From: Octopus bimaculoides
Taxonomy: Eukaryota
Direction of reading: 5' to 3'
Length of the DNA stretch: 56,065 nt
Assembly: GCF_001194135.2 (NCBI RefSeq)
Contig: NC_068982.1
Span: 161,224,769 to 161,280,833 of the forward strand
The position numbers were made by a program, and so were the translations under genes. The notes under the pieces are model-generated. The model saw only the letters and a program-made list of their open reading frames with translations, made no database searches and had not been told where the DNA came from. This document shows positions 24,991 through 37,484 of the stretch, piece after piece (the stretch's first letter is position 1; every line of letters starts with the position of its first letter).

Positions 24991-25109
24991 TGTCTTATTG
25001 GTTTACGCTCAGAAGAAAGGTGAGGAAGGTGAACTTCGGCTACGTTACAAACTTTACTAGACTATTGTAACATGTAAAGATAATTTTGATACGAGGCATA
25101 CATTCATTA

Positions 25110-26502
25110 GATTTCCGATCATAATCTCAGAAGACACAAGTCCGAACGCTATAATCCCGTATGTTGAAATCAATTTATTCTTGTATGCATTGCTAATTCT
25201 ATTCTGTACTTCCACAAGTTGTATAACATTTGCTGTTTTATATCGCATTGAATCGTTATTAATATGACCCCACTTTCTTATTGTATACGTAACACGAAGC
25301 AAAGATGATCTCTGAAGTTGTTCCTTCGCAAAAATACTAAGATTAAATGTACGAAGCTATTTAATGGTGTGAGATAAAAGTTTGAGATTTAATGACTATT
25401 GGTGCTGCTAAACACAAAATCGCTTAAATGCAACTGCTGAGCAATAAACACACTTTCAAATTGAGATAAACTGCTTTTAGAATTGTGCACACCACAATCA
25501 TTTTTCAAACTGAAGTGCAACATGACTCGGAGATCATAGAAGTGAAAACGTAGGCAAGAGAACCACAAGAAATCATCCCGACCAAATTATTCAATTGTAT
25601 ACGTATTCTGCAATTCCACACATAACACCATGCTTATCTTCAAAAGATCCTGCATCAAGAATACAAGAATTCAAGAAACTCACCAGTTTTCTGAATCAGT
25701 CACTTCATATAGAAATTTCTCCGAAGTTTCAAAACACATTAAATGATGAAGATAGACTCACTATATCTAACGAGTGCATGTTTCACCTCGGATAATGGGA
25801 GGCATTTTAAGCTGCTCTCATTATATTCTATCAACTGTATTCATATCCCCTGTTGGATCCGAAAATTTTAGAACTTATCTTCTCGCTTAATTATTAACAA
25901 ATGGGGAAAGCGAAGCTCTTTATAAAAGCTTATTTAAAGATTTGATGGATTTAACAAAAGAAAATATATTGCAAATGAATCCTTTAAATCAGATCTGAAA
26001 TTGAAAGTGATAAAGGCTTTTAAAAGGGGATTACTAGGTGTTACAAATGAACTTCGTTTTCCGTTCATACCAATGCATTTAGAAAAGAATTCAGGTGGGT
26101 GGAATTGGAATGATGAAACCTTCAGCTGACTCCATTAGCATTCTTTCTATCTGATGAAATTCCAAAATTCCAGGACATTTTAATTCATTAAAATCTCATT
26201 TGCTTGAAGAAGTCAGTAAAATTACTAACTGGTTCGAAAATATGTGTTTGTTAGAATAAGTAGACACACTGGGGTTTAGCTTTTTGAATATTTCCACCAG
26301 ACTTGCAGTTTATAAATGAGTGTTTGCGAAATAGATTTCTGAGTACCCAAAAAGCAGAGCACAGAAAATGGGAAAATTTAATATGGAATGCTCATATTGG
26401 TGAAAATAAAATCAGGGAAAACTTTCAAAAAGAGCAGCACTCCGACAAAGATGAATGCAAAAGTATTCTCCGAGTCCATCGCGATGCAAGACTTCAAAAT
26501 AT
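25110..26502 (+). mobile_element. MULE (MuDR, Ricksha-like) left TIR plus degenerate transposase
   Basis: TIR gatcataatctcagaagacacaagtccgaacgctataatcccgtatgttgaaatc; broken ORF with PVGSENFRTY, GESEALYKSLFKDLMD, HRKWENLIWNAHIG, FQKEQH and FLYWCH-like traces. Confidence 0.8.
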
Positions 26503-27054
26503 CTTCCTCAAGCGACCGGACGCCACCGAGATATACGTTTCATAATGCCGAGCCAAGAATCTCTGACACCTATTTCAAGTTATGTGTCTCTGTCAATGAC
26601 ATCGTTGTAGTTGAATGATTTTCCTCCCCTACTAGGGTGCGGAAGTTTCCAAAATTTAATGTCTGATATGGCCAGCAAAGCTTACTCTGCGTTGAGCAAC
26701 AATAATAGACATGAAAAGAATGTGTCCATAAATCTCTTCGTTTGTTTTGTTCTCAGGCCATAAAATATCCTTAGTTTTCATAAGAACCTTAGTAATTATC
26801 ATAGTTCTTCAGATTCCGATTCTCTACCCATACTCTGAAGAAGCTTAGCCCTGTTGACTTTGAAATACTAAATTACATATATTTTGAAGCTTGTTTGGAC
26901 ACTCTATGCGTGCCCGTTTCGTTCCAAGGAGTTTTCAAAATGGTTGTCGATATAATTCACCCGTGTGTCATTACCTATGACCTATCTGTAGAATACACTT
27001 TTAAGCTGTGTTTTTAGTAAATATACATACAGACATACGCGAATATATATATTA

Positions 27055-27690
27055 CAACAAAATTTTATATCTTGGACATAGAGTTACCCAAGGTTTCGCA
27101 TCCACAAAGCCAAAGCCTTGTGGACAGCTCGTCTGACTCTATATAAAAGCTAATCACTTCAACATGAACGCATCATTCAAAATACTGCCAAAACACTGCC
27201 TGGATTTACCTGGGATTATATCTAAGGGCTTATACCTTCACGGAAGTTCGGACCAACCTCCATACCCTCTGGAAAAAGATGAGCTGTGAACTTTATTCTC
27301 CTGTTTGTATTCTTCTATCTACTTTACTCTTTATTCTTCTATCTTATTCCTTATAAACTGTGAATTTCCCTGTCTAGAACTTTCAAACGTACTCACCTTG
27401 TCTCTGATGAGGGAATACCCAATGTACAGACATGCTAGCCTATCACTTGGGACATCCCAGAAACAGCTGTGAGATTTCAGCTTTGCACTAATTCAATTAT
27501 TCTATATGACTTGAGATACTCGTCCTGCCTTGGTTTTTGTTTTTACTTTTTCCACTAATATAATATATATTTACTAACACGGAACCCTAATACGGATCCC
27601 TAGCTCCAGCCTCAGCTGTGAACTTCGAAGATAACGCATGACCAATTATAGCACTTAGCGTACCTATTCGTTTAGACCAACAGTGAACTA
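27055..27690 (+). mobile_element. PLE remnant: GIY-YIG trace plus terminal repeat with hammerhead
   Basis: LYLGHRVTQGF (YIG-like), CT-rich UTR, hammerhead at 27400-27475, tail homologous to 161-345. Confidence 0.6.
27400..27475 (+). ncRNA. Hammerhead motif with expanded stem II, probably inactive (GUG triplet)
   Basis: GUCU CUGAUGA GGGA.auaCCCAA...UUGGG.aca.UCCC A GAAA CAGCUG UG AGAU. Confidence 0.55.
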
Positions 27691-27709
27691 AAATTTCATA
27701 TTATGTGTG

Positions 27710-27756
<47 letters not shown>

Positions 27757-27768
27757 ATGTGTGTGTGC

Positions 27769-27803
<35 letters not shown>

Positions 27804-27910
27804 NNNNNNNNNNNNNNNNNNNNNNNNNNNNNNNNNNNNNNNNNNNNNNNNNNNNNNNNNNNNNNNNNNNNNNNNNNNNNNNNNNNNNNNNNNNNNNNNN
27901 NNNNNNNNNN

Positions 27911-27975
<65 letters not shown>

Positions 27976-28409
27976 CAGATACACACACTCCACAAGAACA
28001 TGATGATACATACTCAGATATGCATGAACGTGCATACACTTGCACCCGCAACCCTACAGCCACAATGTTTAAATCCCAGACACCTCGACAGAAAAATTCA
28101 GTCACCCAGAACTTCTTGTAAAGGCTACAGACGTGTAGCGAAAGACTTGGAAAATTCAGTCTATTAATAGGAATTAATAGGAAAACAACAATCTAAAAAT
28201 ATATTCTAGACAGCGAAACTTCAGCTTGAACGTATGTTTAATAGACAGTATAACACTCCCAAAGTCCGACTCTGTGTGTCTCCCTTTGTGTGTGCGTGTG
28301 TGTGTGTGTGTATTTGCGTGCAGTAGCAGCTACGCAACTATAGTAGGTAGTTATTATCATTGAATGACAATAACCACCCTAAGAAACAACAACGAATTCC
28401 TAACATTGA

Positions 28410-28565
28410 CACGGAGACACATATTGAAGTGGGGTGCGGAGGTAAAATCGACTTGAGATATCCCTCGGTACCTAACTAGTTCTTCTTTTATCGAGCCTAA
28501 AAGGTGAAAGTCAAATTCGTCTTCTGCAAGATTTGAACTAATAACAGAGAGAGATTTAACCAAAT
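28410..28565 (-). mobile_element. SINE family 2, degraded
   Basis: aaaaggtgaaagtcaaattcgtcttctgcaagatttgaact is a decayed reverse complement of the SINE body. Confidence 0.55.
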
Positions 28566-28566
28566 G

Positions 28567-28706
28567 CCACAAGGAATTTTGTCCAACGCCGTCCATCAGG
28601 CATTTTGTCTAGCATTGCCCACAAGGAATTTTGCCCAACACTGTCCACAAGGCATTAGGTCCAATATTACACGCAAGACACTTTGTCCAACACCATCTAC
28701 AAGGCG
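28567..28706. repeat. 26-bp minisatellite, about 5.4 copies
   Basis: Units start at 28567, 28593, 28619, 28645, 28671 and 28697; consensus ccacaaggcattttgtccaacactgt. Confidence 0.85.
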
Positions 28707-28818
28707 AATCATACCTCATATCATATCAAAATACAATCTTAAAGAAAAAAACACAATCTTAATCAAAATACAATCTTAAAGAAAAAAAGAAAAATGTAGG
28801 CTTACAGACACTCTAAAC

Positions 28819-29070
28819 CAGTGGTTCCCAAAGTGGGCGGCACCGCTCCCCTGAGGGCGGTGAAAAGATCCAGGGTGGCACTAAAGAAAAATGGGTGATA
28901 ATGGGGTGATCAAAACGGGACAATGGATGTAAAAAAAAATGGGTTAATTAGGTTCAGTTTTATTTGTTAACTACTGTTGTTTTGAATTTGCTGCAGAAAA
29001 TGGTTTATGTCTGTGATGGTAAGTGGTGGTGGTGGGGTGGGAGTCACTAGAAATGTGGCCTGAAGAAGTG
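28819..29070 (+). mobile_element. Non-autonomous hAT element with 8-bp TSD
   Basis: Left end cagtggttcccaaagtggg; exact ctctaaac duplication at 28811-28818 and 29071-29078; right TIR is partly deleted. Confidence 0.75.
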
Positions 29071-29820
29071 CTCTAAACAGACGGACAGGTCACGTTTAGA
29101 ATGCCTTTGGTCTAGGTGGGGTGAGTCTGTTCACACGAGCCTACACATGGCTAAATAACAATAAACATTTTCTTTCAATAAATGAAAATGGTGATGACGA
29201 CTACGACTATGATAATAACTATGATGATGAATAGCAAAAGAACGACGTTGACGACGATGATGACGATGATGACGATGATGACGATGATGACGACGTTGAC
29301 GGCGATAATGATTACTAAGGAGGAGGAGGAGGATTATGCTGACATTGTCTCCTACAACTACGATATTTTATAGTATTGACTAATGGTTTTTAAAGTAGGT
29401 TGCGCAGATATGGCACAACCAGCTCTGACATGCTTCTATGATGATTGACTAACGATATAATTACAATTCTGATTATGAAACTAGAGAGTGGGGATAAGAG
29501 AGAGAAAGGGATTAACTCTACATTAACATTCTAGCTGTTTGTTTTAAAATGAATCGCTTAGTTAAGGCGGATTACTGCATTGAGCTGGCTACAAGGTGAG
29601 GATCACTGTGACATAATCTCGACCGTATTATTAGATTCAGCTGACAGAAAGTACAAAGGCCTTCCTATGTTTCAGAGGAAGTGGAGATAGAAATTTGCGA
29701 CGCTCATGGCTATCTCATGGGAATTAGCGAAACAAGCGAGACAAATGACTTTAATCGCCCGTCGAAACCTCTTTTTGGCGGGCCAACGAGAAAGCTTTTT
29801 GACTGATTAAAAATTGCAGC

Positions 29821-29906
<86 letters not shown>

Positions 29907-30490
29907 TCTCTTTCTCTTTCTCTCTCCCCTAACTATCTTTAAAAAAACTAACGACACAGGATAATGAAGACTTTGATATATTGTTTGTGAGTTGGTTTAT
30001 ATTTTGGCTGCTTTTTTGATCACAGATTTGTGCAATCAGGACTAACTTTGAGTCTAACAACACCTATAGGAGTATGAGGGGAGCGGAATTTGATATGTAT
30101 TTCTTTGTAAGAATTGTTGAAGGAAAAAGAGACGAGAAGAGGACTATAGGAATACTGAAAGGGAAAAGTCAGATGAATCGTGTGGGTTTTAGTGAGATTC
30201 GGTTATCGTTGTAAAAGCGACGCAGACATTGGCCAATGGTATATGGCGACATATGAAATTTTGGGGACGCAACGAGGGAATCTCTACATTGTTATCCAGC
30301 CTGTTAGAAATAACAACTAATAGGACAAGTTATGCATACGTCAACAGATGTCAGAACAGTTACCACAAGGAAAAGTGGGCTGTTGTGTCGGAGCATTCGT
30401 AGCGATGTCATTTTTAGCTCTTTCTATGTCCGCTTTTCCTCTCATTGCGAAACAGAATTCGCAGAACGCTGGATTGTATGTTTTGCACAG

Positions 30491-30518
30491 GGATTATAGG
30501 TTGGGATTAGACCGTCAG
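30491..30518 (+). CDS. Candidate host gene, 28-nt microexon (phase 2 to 0)
   Basis: atgttttgcacAG|ggattataggttgggattagaccgtcag|GTAAGA; encodes (R)DYRLGLDRQ; phases match both flanking candidate exons. Confidence 0.45.
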
Positions 30519-31080
30519 GTAAGAGGTTAATGTTATCCTACCGTCTTCAAAGTAGAAGAATACCTTGAATAATAAACATAAACATTGACATATTACACTA
30601 AAAAAAACATTTGCGATTCCCGAGCGGCTTTACACAATCTCGTTATGTAACTCGCCTTTCCAGGTTCAAATTTTGCCAAACCTATTTATGCAAGTTTAGA
30701 TTTAGGGAACGATAATCTAGAGATCAAGTTATGTCGGTTTGATCCCAGGATTAGCGTCACTGCACAAATCCTTCCACTTTTTTCCGTGCGAATAATCAGG
30801 AAAATCTGTTTCTTTCCCAACATGCCGAGAGACAGTACTTATAATCTCCTTCACAGCTCCTAGACAATTTCTTTTTCTCGTTCGGCAAAGCAGGTTTAGA
30901 TGGACACAGTTGACGACTGCAGATGCAAGTAGCTATATTTATATAAAATAATGTAACTTTATTTCATATACTGAATACTCATGATTTTTGCATTATAAAC
31001 CTTCGTTCGTTTCATATACGTGTGCGAGAAATACACACACTCACAAACCCACCCTCACACCCATACACAACACTTATCTA

Positions 31081-31215
<135 letters not shown>

Positions 31216-31837
31216 GTATATGTATATATATACGAAACAACTAAGGCTGTCATCATTCTTGTTATCGATAACGGTGGAGGGGTAAAAGATGTTTTAAGCA
31301 GTATTGTGTGACACAAGTCGATAAAATGTTGGGCGTGGTTACTCTTCAGCTATTGTATTAGCAACGATAAGAATAATGATGGTGATGAAGACGGTCCTAG
31401 ATGGTGGAGGCTGGTAGCGTGATTTGTGATGGGTTTCAGGACACTTGTGGTGTTGGCAGTGTTGGCACCGGCAGTGACGGCGACGGCAGTAGTGGTGGGG
31501 TGGCGATATAGATGGTAGTACTGGTGTTGGTACCGGTACTGGTGCTGGCAGTGGTAGTAGGAGTGACATTAATAGTGTTTGTGAAGCCTGTAGTGGTGGC
31601 GATGGTAGTAGTGGTGATGTAATTGTAGCCATCATGGTGGCGATGTTGATGATGGTGAATAAGTTGTTATTAAGGTAGTGATGAAGACGACGGTAGGGAA
31701 TTGTGGTCCTTGTGGTGTTAGCGGTGATGGTGATAATAGGGATAGTTACATTCATGATGGTGGTGTAGGGTTCTTTTTTTTTTTCATAAGCAGCTGCAAC
31801 ATCAGACAACTACTTACTTGTAAGTAGTTTTCTGTCT

Positions 31838-31878
<41 letters not shown>

Positions 31879-32769
31879 NNNNNNNNNNNNNNNNNNNNNN
31901 NNNNNNNNNNNNNNNNNNNNNNNNNNNNNNNNNNNNNNNNNNNNNNNNNNNNNNNNNNNNNNNNNNNNNNNNNNNNNNNNNNNNNNNNNNNNNNNNNNNN
32001 NNNNNNNNNNNNNNNNNNNNNNNNNNNNNNNNNNNNNNNNNNNNNNNNNNNNNNNNNNNNNNNNNNNNNNNNNNNNNNNNNNNNNNNNGGGTATGTACGA
32101 TGTTCTCAAATTCACCAACAAATACAATAAGAACTGTAGTTATTGCTGCTTGTGTTATCTTTGTCAAGACAGATAGACCTTCCAGCAATATGTTTTTAGT
32201 TCGTTTTCCCGCCGCTACTGCTGAAAAAAAGGCGGAAAATGAGTTGAATGATGTTAGTGAATAGTTTTACTGCTGGCGCTCTATTTGTTCCTTGAATTAT
32301 GCAAAATACATTCCCCTACAAACGCAGCCATCGGTTTTGACAAATAGACTACAGACTGGAAAAACTGTAGATTTTAGTGTTTTCTTTTTTTCTTAAATCT
32401 TCACTGGAGAATTTCATGCACTGTTGTTGGTGTTCTTCACTTTTCACAATTAATGAATTAAGCTATACAAATTAACTTACGAATTAACTTGCACAAATAT
32501 CTCGGTTGTCTTGTGGTATGTTTTATTGTTGACAGAAAGGGTAAAGTGAGAAATGGATTGAAATTCATGTTTAAATTCTGTATTCAAATCCCGGTGGTTT
32601 CGATTTTAGCTTTCGATATTCTGGATGTTAATAAAGCCAAATGACAGTCTGTTAGTAGTATCGAGCGAATCGAACACATACGTCCATAAAATGTATATCT
32701 TCTGCGTAAATAAGAAATTATTATTGAGCAAAATAAAGATCAGTGCATGGCAAATGCAAAAGTATGATG

Positions 32770-32870
32770 GACTGTAGTTCCTTTCTGAGTTCAAATCCTG
32801 CTGAGGTCAATTAAGCTTTTCGTCTTTTTCATAAAATAAAGTACCAGTCAAATACTGGCCCCTAAGGGCA
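32770..32870 (+). mobile_element. SINE family 2, degraded
   Basis: ttctgagttcaaatcctgctgaggtcaa...aaagtaccagtcaaatactgg. Confidence 0.6.
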
Positions 32871-33689
32871 ATATTATCGACGTTCCTCTTCCCAAAGATT
32901 AAGTTTGCTTTCTGGTGTCTTGACTTCCATCCTTCTGAAGTTGTTGCTATGGTTGGTCTTTATCCCCAATTCATCCCCGATAGAAGATAATTGTGGTCAT
33001 TTGTAACTGTTCCGTCCTTTTAGAGCTGTCTACGACGACGGCATTGCCTGCGTTATTTCTTAAGACGTTAGAATGTGATTAGAGAGGGATTTTGCTGATA
33101 TTTCTAGCAGGTCGATTACCCACGCAGAAATTCACTCCTCCGTTCGCAGTGATGTGTTGAGATGAGGGAGAGTTATATATAAACTACTGCATACCCCATC
33201 AACAATTTGAGATCTTGTATCTATGTTAGAAATCGTTGTTGTTGATGTTGTTTTATTGCAAGTCAAGTCCCTCACCACCAGCACCACCACACGCTTTGCA
33301 CTAACTACTACGCCTGACCCGTCCGCCTCAGAACGTCTCCTCTCGAGAATTTCTTTCCACTGCCCAGGTTTTCTTTTTCGATTATTTTGTTCCTGCAGCT
33401 GTTGATTTTACAACTGTTCAAGGAAGAACACTGACTCTGTCGTCCCCAGCATCATCGGAGCACTTGTCATGGTCACGAGCACAACTCTCTTCGTCATACC
33501 AAGTCTATGTAATCATGGTTGACTGGCGATTAAAACAGCAATATAATAAAAATTTGTTGTGATCTACAGATCCAGTACTTCATGTGCACTAAGCATCCTC
33601 CAACTAGTGGTTACACTATGCACTGGAACTGCACTGGTATATTGTATGGAGTGCAGCAAGTTTCATCGTCCAGATGTTTCATGTTGTTA

Positions 33690-33717
33690 TTGTTGTTGTT
33701 GGTGGTGGTGGTGTTGC

Positions 33718-33781
<64 letters not shown>

Positions 33782-33782
33782 G
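33690..33782. repeat. (GTT)n microsatellite
   Basis: Direct reading. Confidence 0.95.
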
Positions 33783-33890
33783 AAACATCGAAAAATGAAA
33801 AGAAAAACATAACAACAAAAGTCAATAGGACGTACACAGTGAATGTATTAAGTTGACGCTCAATTCAAGATGGAAAAGAAGTAGGGTAAG

Positions 33891-33918
33891 TGACGTTTCG
33901 AGCATGGCTCTTCGTCAG
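33891..33918 (-). ncRNA. Ultra-minimal hammerhead motif, second family
   Basis: U CUGACGA A GAGC cau GCUC GAAA CG UC A: intact core, extra A after A9, 4-bp stem II, palindromic ACGU stem III, GUC triplet; stem I is only 1 bp. Confidence 0.55.
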
Positions 33919-34605
33919 AAAAAGGAAAGAGAAAAGGTCTGGAGAGAACGAAAAAAAATAATCCAAGGAAAGTTTGCGTATGGTTTTGCATGTTTGAAAT
34001 TTCCATTGGTGATCAAAGTAGAGGCTAGCAAGGTGTAGTATGACGATTGCTTTTCCTCTGCACTGTCTGATTATGTTGAACTTCAGTGTAATATTTAAGA
34101 GCTAATGATGTTATTGGAAATGATGACGACGACGATGATGATGATGATGATGATGTGCGCGTGCGCGCGTGTATGTGCATGTGTTTACTGGTTAGACTGA
34201 CTGAGTGTAAATAGTAATTTAATGACGATGTTGTAGTAGTTGATACTCTGGTAGTTGCTTAGCCCTGGGTCAGACCTAACACAGAAGTTCTATGATCAAG
34301 AGTGGTTCAATCATTTCTAACTCCTATTTAAGGTACAAACTAGCAAAAACGGGTGACACATGTAACTTTTCTCCCTTTTTTAAGAAAGATGTTGTTGTTG
34401 TTGGTGGTGGTGGTGGTGGTGTTTAACCTAAGATCAACTTCGATTAAGCAAAACTATGATCAAGACCTTTTCCATCTGTGTTCATCCATCTTAATTTCAG
34501 GTTTAAGGTAATGAATTTCTTGAATCTCTGTTTCCTTCCTGTTCAAAGAGAGTAGGATATGAGTTGAGAGAGATTTAGCAGCTATTTTCAGCATCTGTTT
34601 GTATG

Positions 34606-34637
<32 letters not shown>

Positions 34638-35197
34638 TGTATGTATGTATGTGTGTATGTATGTGTGTATGTATTTATGTAAGCTGGTATGTATGCATAA
34701 ATGCACACACTCTCACACACATATGCATGTATATATATATATATACATGTATATGTGCATATATAAGTGTATGTATAATGTGTGTGTGTGCGTGTGTGTG
34801 TGTGCGCGTGTGTGTGTGTGCGCGTGTGTGTGTGTGCGCGTGTGTGTGTGCGTGTGTGTGTNNNNNNNNNNNNNNNNNNNNNNNNNNNNNNNNNNNNNNN
34901 NNNNNNNNNNNNNNNNNNNNNNNNNNNNNNNNNNNNNNNNNNNNNNNNNNNNNNNNNNNNNNNNNNNNNNNNNNNNNNNNNNNNNNNNNNNNNNNNNNNN
35001 NNNNNNNNNNNNNNNNNNNNNNNNNNNNNNNNNNNNNNNNNNNNNNNNNNNNNNNNNNNNNNNNNNNNNNNNNNNNNNNNNNNNNNNNNNNNNNNNNNNN
35101 NNNNNNNNNNNNNNNNNNNNNNNNNNNNNNNNNNNNNNNNNNNNNNNNNNNNNNNNNNNNNNNNNNNNNNNNNNNNNNNNNNNNNNNNNNNNNNNNN

Positions 35198-35245
<48 letters not shown>

Positions 35246-36118
35246 GTGTGTGTGTGTGTGAGCTTGTGTGTCGAATTTTGTTTTGTTAAGCAGACTGGAA
35301 GCCGTTGATTATGCTGTTAGATTATATTCATGCTGTTACCGTTTGTTGTTATTGTTGTTGTTTCTGGTTTGTTGATGTATGTAATAGATACCTAATAGAT
35401 ATCTCCACGTAAAGCCAAGACTAGTGCTTCCCAAACTGATAAATATCCGCCCTACTTACATCCCACTTTTCAGGCTACCCTATCAAAACAGTGAAATTTT
35501 TCGTCCCTCTCCTGTTCTTTATTAATGAAAATGCAAAATAGAGTTTGCCTCCATATAATTTTCGCTTCTTTGGTATGCTACTGGAGACGTTAAGAAAATA
35601 TCAAAATTATCTTAATATAAATAAACACAGTAATTTATCTGCCCCTCTTTTGAGACATAAGATAATGCAGTCCTAGATACGTTGTGTTTCCTTTCTGTTT
35701 AAAGAAAGTAGTATGTAATTTGAGGGAGATATGGCTGTTGTTTCCATCCGGTCAAGTGACTATATAGAGGTTGTGCTGTTGTTGTTGTTGTTGATGTTCA
35801 AATCCTGATAAAATTAAACCAAGCGCACCCATGTTCAAATGTTCCTGCTGAGACCATCTTGCCTATATTTTATTCTGTTGCCAGACGCGATCAAAAATTG
35901 AAATTAGAATCACTTCCATAATAGAACAAAATCTACTTGCACCAATCTGGTGATTAATATGAGTAAATATTCTTTGCTGTCGATATGTACCTTTGCATTA
36001 TGTTAATATCGCCTATTACAACATTTATAACAATATATATAAATTAGATATGTTTCGACCAAAGATTGGTCCAGGCCATGTCTAACTTAATAGCACCACC
36101 TGATATATATATATATGT

Positions 36119-36153
<35 letters not shown>

Positions 36154-36399
36154 NNNNNNNNNNNNNNNNNNNNNNNNNNNNNNNNNNNNNNNNNNNNNNN
36201 NNNNNNNNNNNNNNNNNNNNNNNNNNNNNNNNNNNNNNNNNNNNNNNNNNNNNNNNNNNNNNNNNNNNNNNNNNNTATACACGGAAAGAGAAAATCACAT
36301 CTTTAATTGTTGAATTCACCATACGAAGCCGACGATCGTTTCTGTTGTATCAACATATTTAGTATAGGTCTATTTCAGGAGCGACCGGAGGACCAATCG

Positions 36400-37000
36400 A
36401 GAGTTTACAGGTTTTTTTCCTTACCAAGGGCTATGGAATAACAGGAGTGAATGAAAGAAGACCCATCAATGTAAAGCAGAAGCTCCGGAGAAAGCATCTA
36501 GATGGATCTAGCTAAAAAGAGATGACCCGTAGGTTCATTACAACACCACTTAATAAGAGATCCACTGAATGTCGAGCTTCTTAAAATTGAGTTTGTTTTA
36601 TTGTTAAAGGATAGACTGAGTTGCCACTGGAGAATGTTTTTGAGGTCACTGCTCATAGAGCTTAATTCTTATATAAATAGTAATGGTTTGAGAGGAGGTG
36701 TCAAGGCCAGTGTTTTTCTTAGGAAGTAGTGAGCCAATCCTCATCATGGACAAGGTTTAGAGCTAGTTGGACAAAACAGATTTATCTAAGATTTTTCCTT
36801 ATTCTTTACAACGTAGAGAGCGAGAGTAATGGGCCAAACTTCAGTAAAGCTCTGTTCTTGAACCTATCCAAAAGTAACGATGAAGTCAAGTCGGTCATCA
36901 GTACTGAGTGATTGTCACCTCTTCTGAGGCTGATCGATTTAATCTAGTGGCATCTACTCGGTGGTCAGGTTAAATAACTACCAATTGGAACCTGTTAGAA
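36400..37000 (-). mobile_element. Possible CR1/L2-like LINE RT remnant, very degenerate
   Basis: Minus-strand traces FDRFKNRALLK and SDLKNILQWQLSLSFNNKT resemble AFDRV..ALL and DL..I..W...N.V.FN..KT. Confidence 0.35.
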
Positions 37001-37372
37001 TCATACGCTCAATGGTAAAAGGCGTCTTTCTCATCCCTCTTACACAGTGAAGGTTTTCAAAATTGTGGTTTAACCGCTTTAAATATCTTAAGATGGATAG
37101 TTAACGGAGACAAACTACTGCCGTGATGGAAACTATGTTCTAAAGTACCTTTGTACAGTGCAAGAGCTACTCTACCAAAATGTGCAATTGAACGACCTAT
37201 GTCTACTACCATGAAAGTCAAAGACTTAGCTTTCACACAAATGTACACACACGCGCGCACGCAAGCACGCACACACACACACACTGGCAAATTACTTTTC
37301 ACTCGAGATTTGCATGATTTATCTTTCTCTTACCACACAAAAGTAACAGACTTCTACAATATATGTATGTTC

Positions 37373-37442
<70 letters not shown>

Positions 37443-37445
37443 GTA

Positions 37446-37484
<39 letters not shown>

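Noticed and set aside
28567-28706. Regular 26-bp repeats as a CRISPR array
   Set aside because: The units are head-to-tail without spacers, and the context is eukaryotic.
29677-29810. Possible exon after tttcAG (EEVEIEICDAHGY... or MAISWELAKQ...)
   Set aside because: No donor site, all frames stop within 45 codons, and no homology is recognised.
31339-31809. 156-aa minus-strand ORF rich in T/P/H/C
   Set aside because: Derived from degenerate (GGT/GAT)n low-complexity sequence; no domain or splice support.
36044-36086. gaccaa/ttggtc stem plus GAAACATATC on the minus strand
   Set aside because: The catalytic core is not recognisable.
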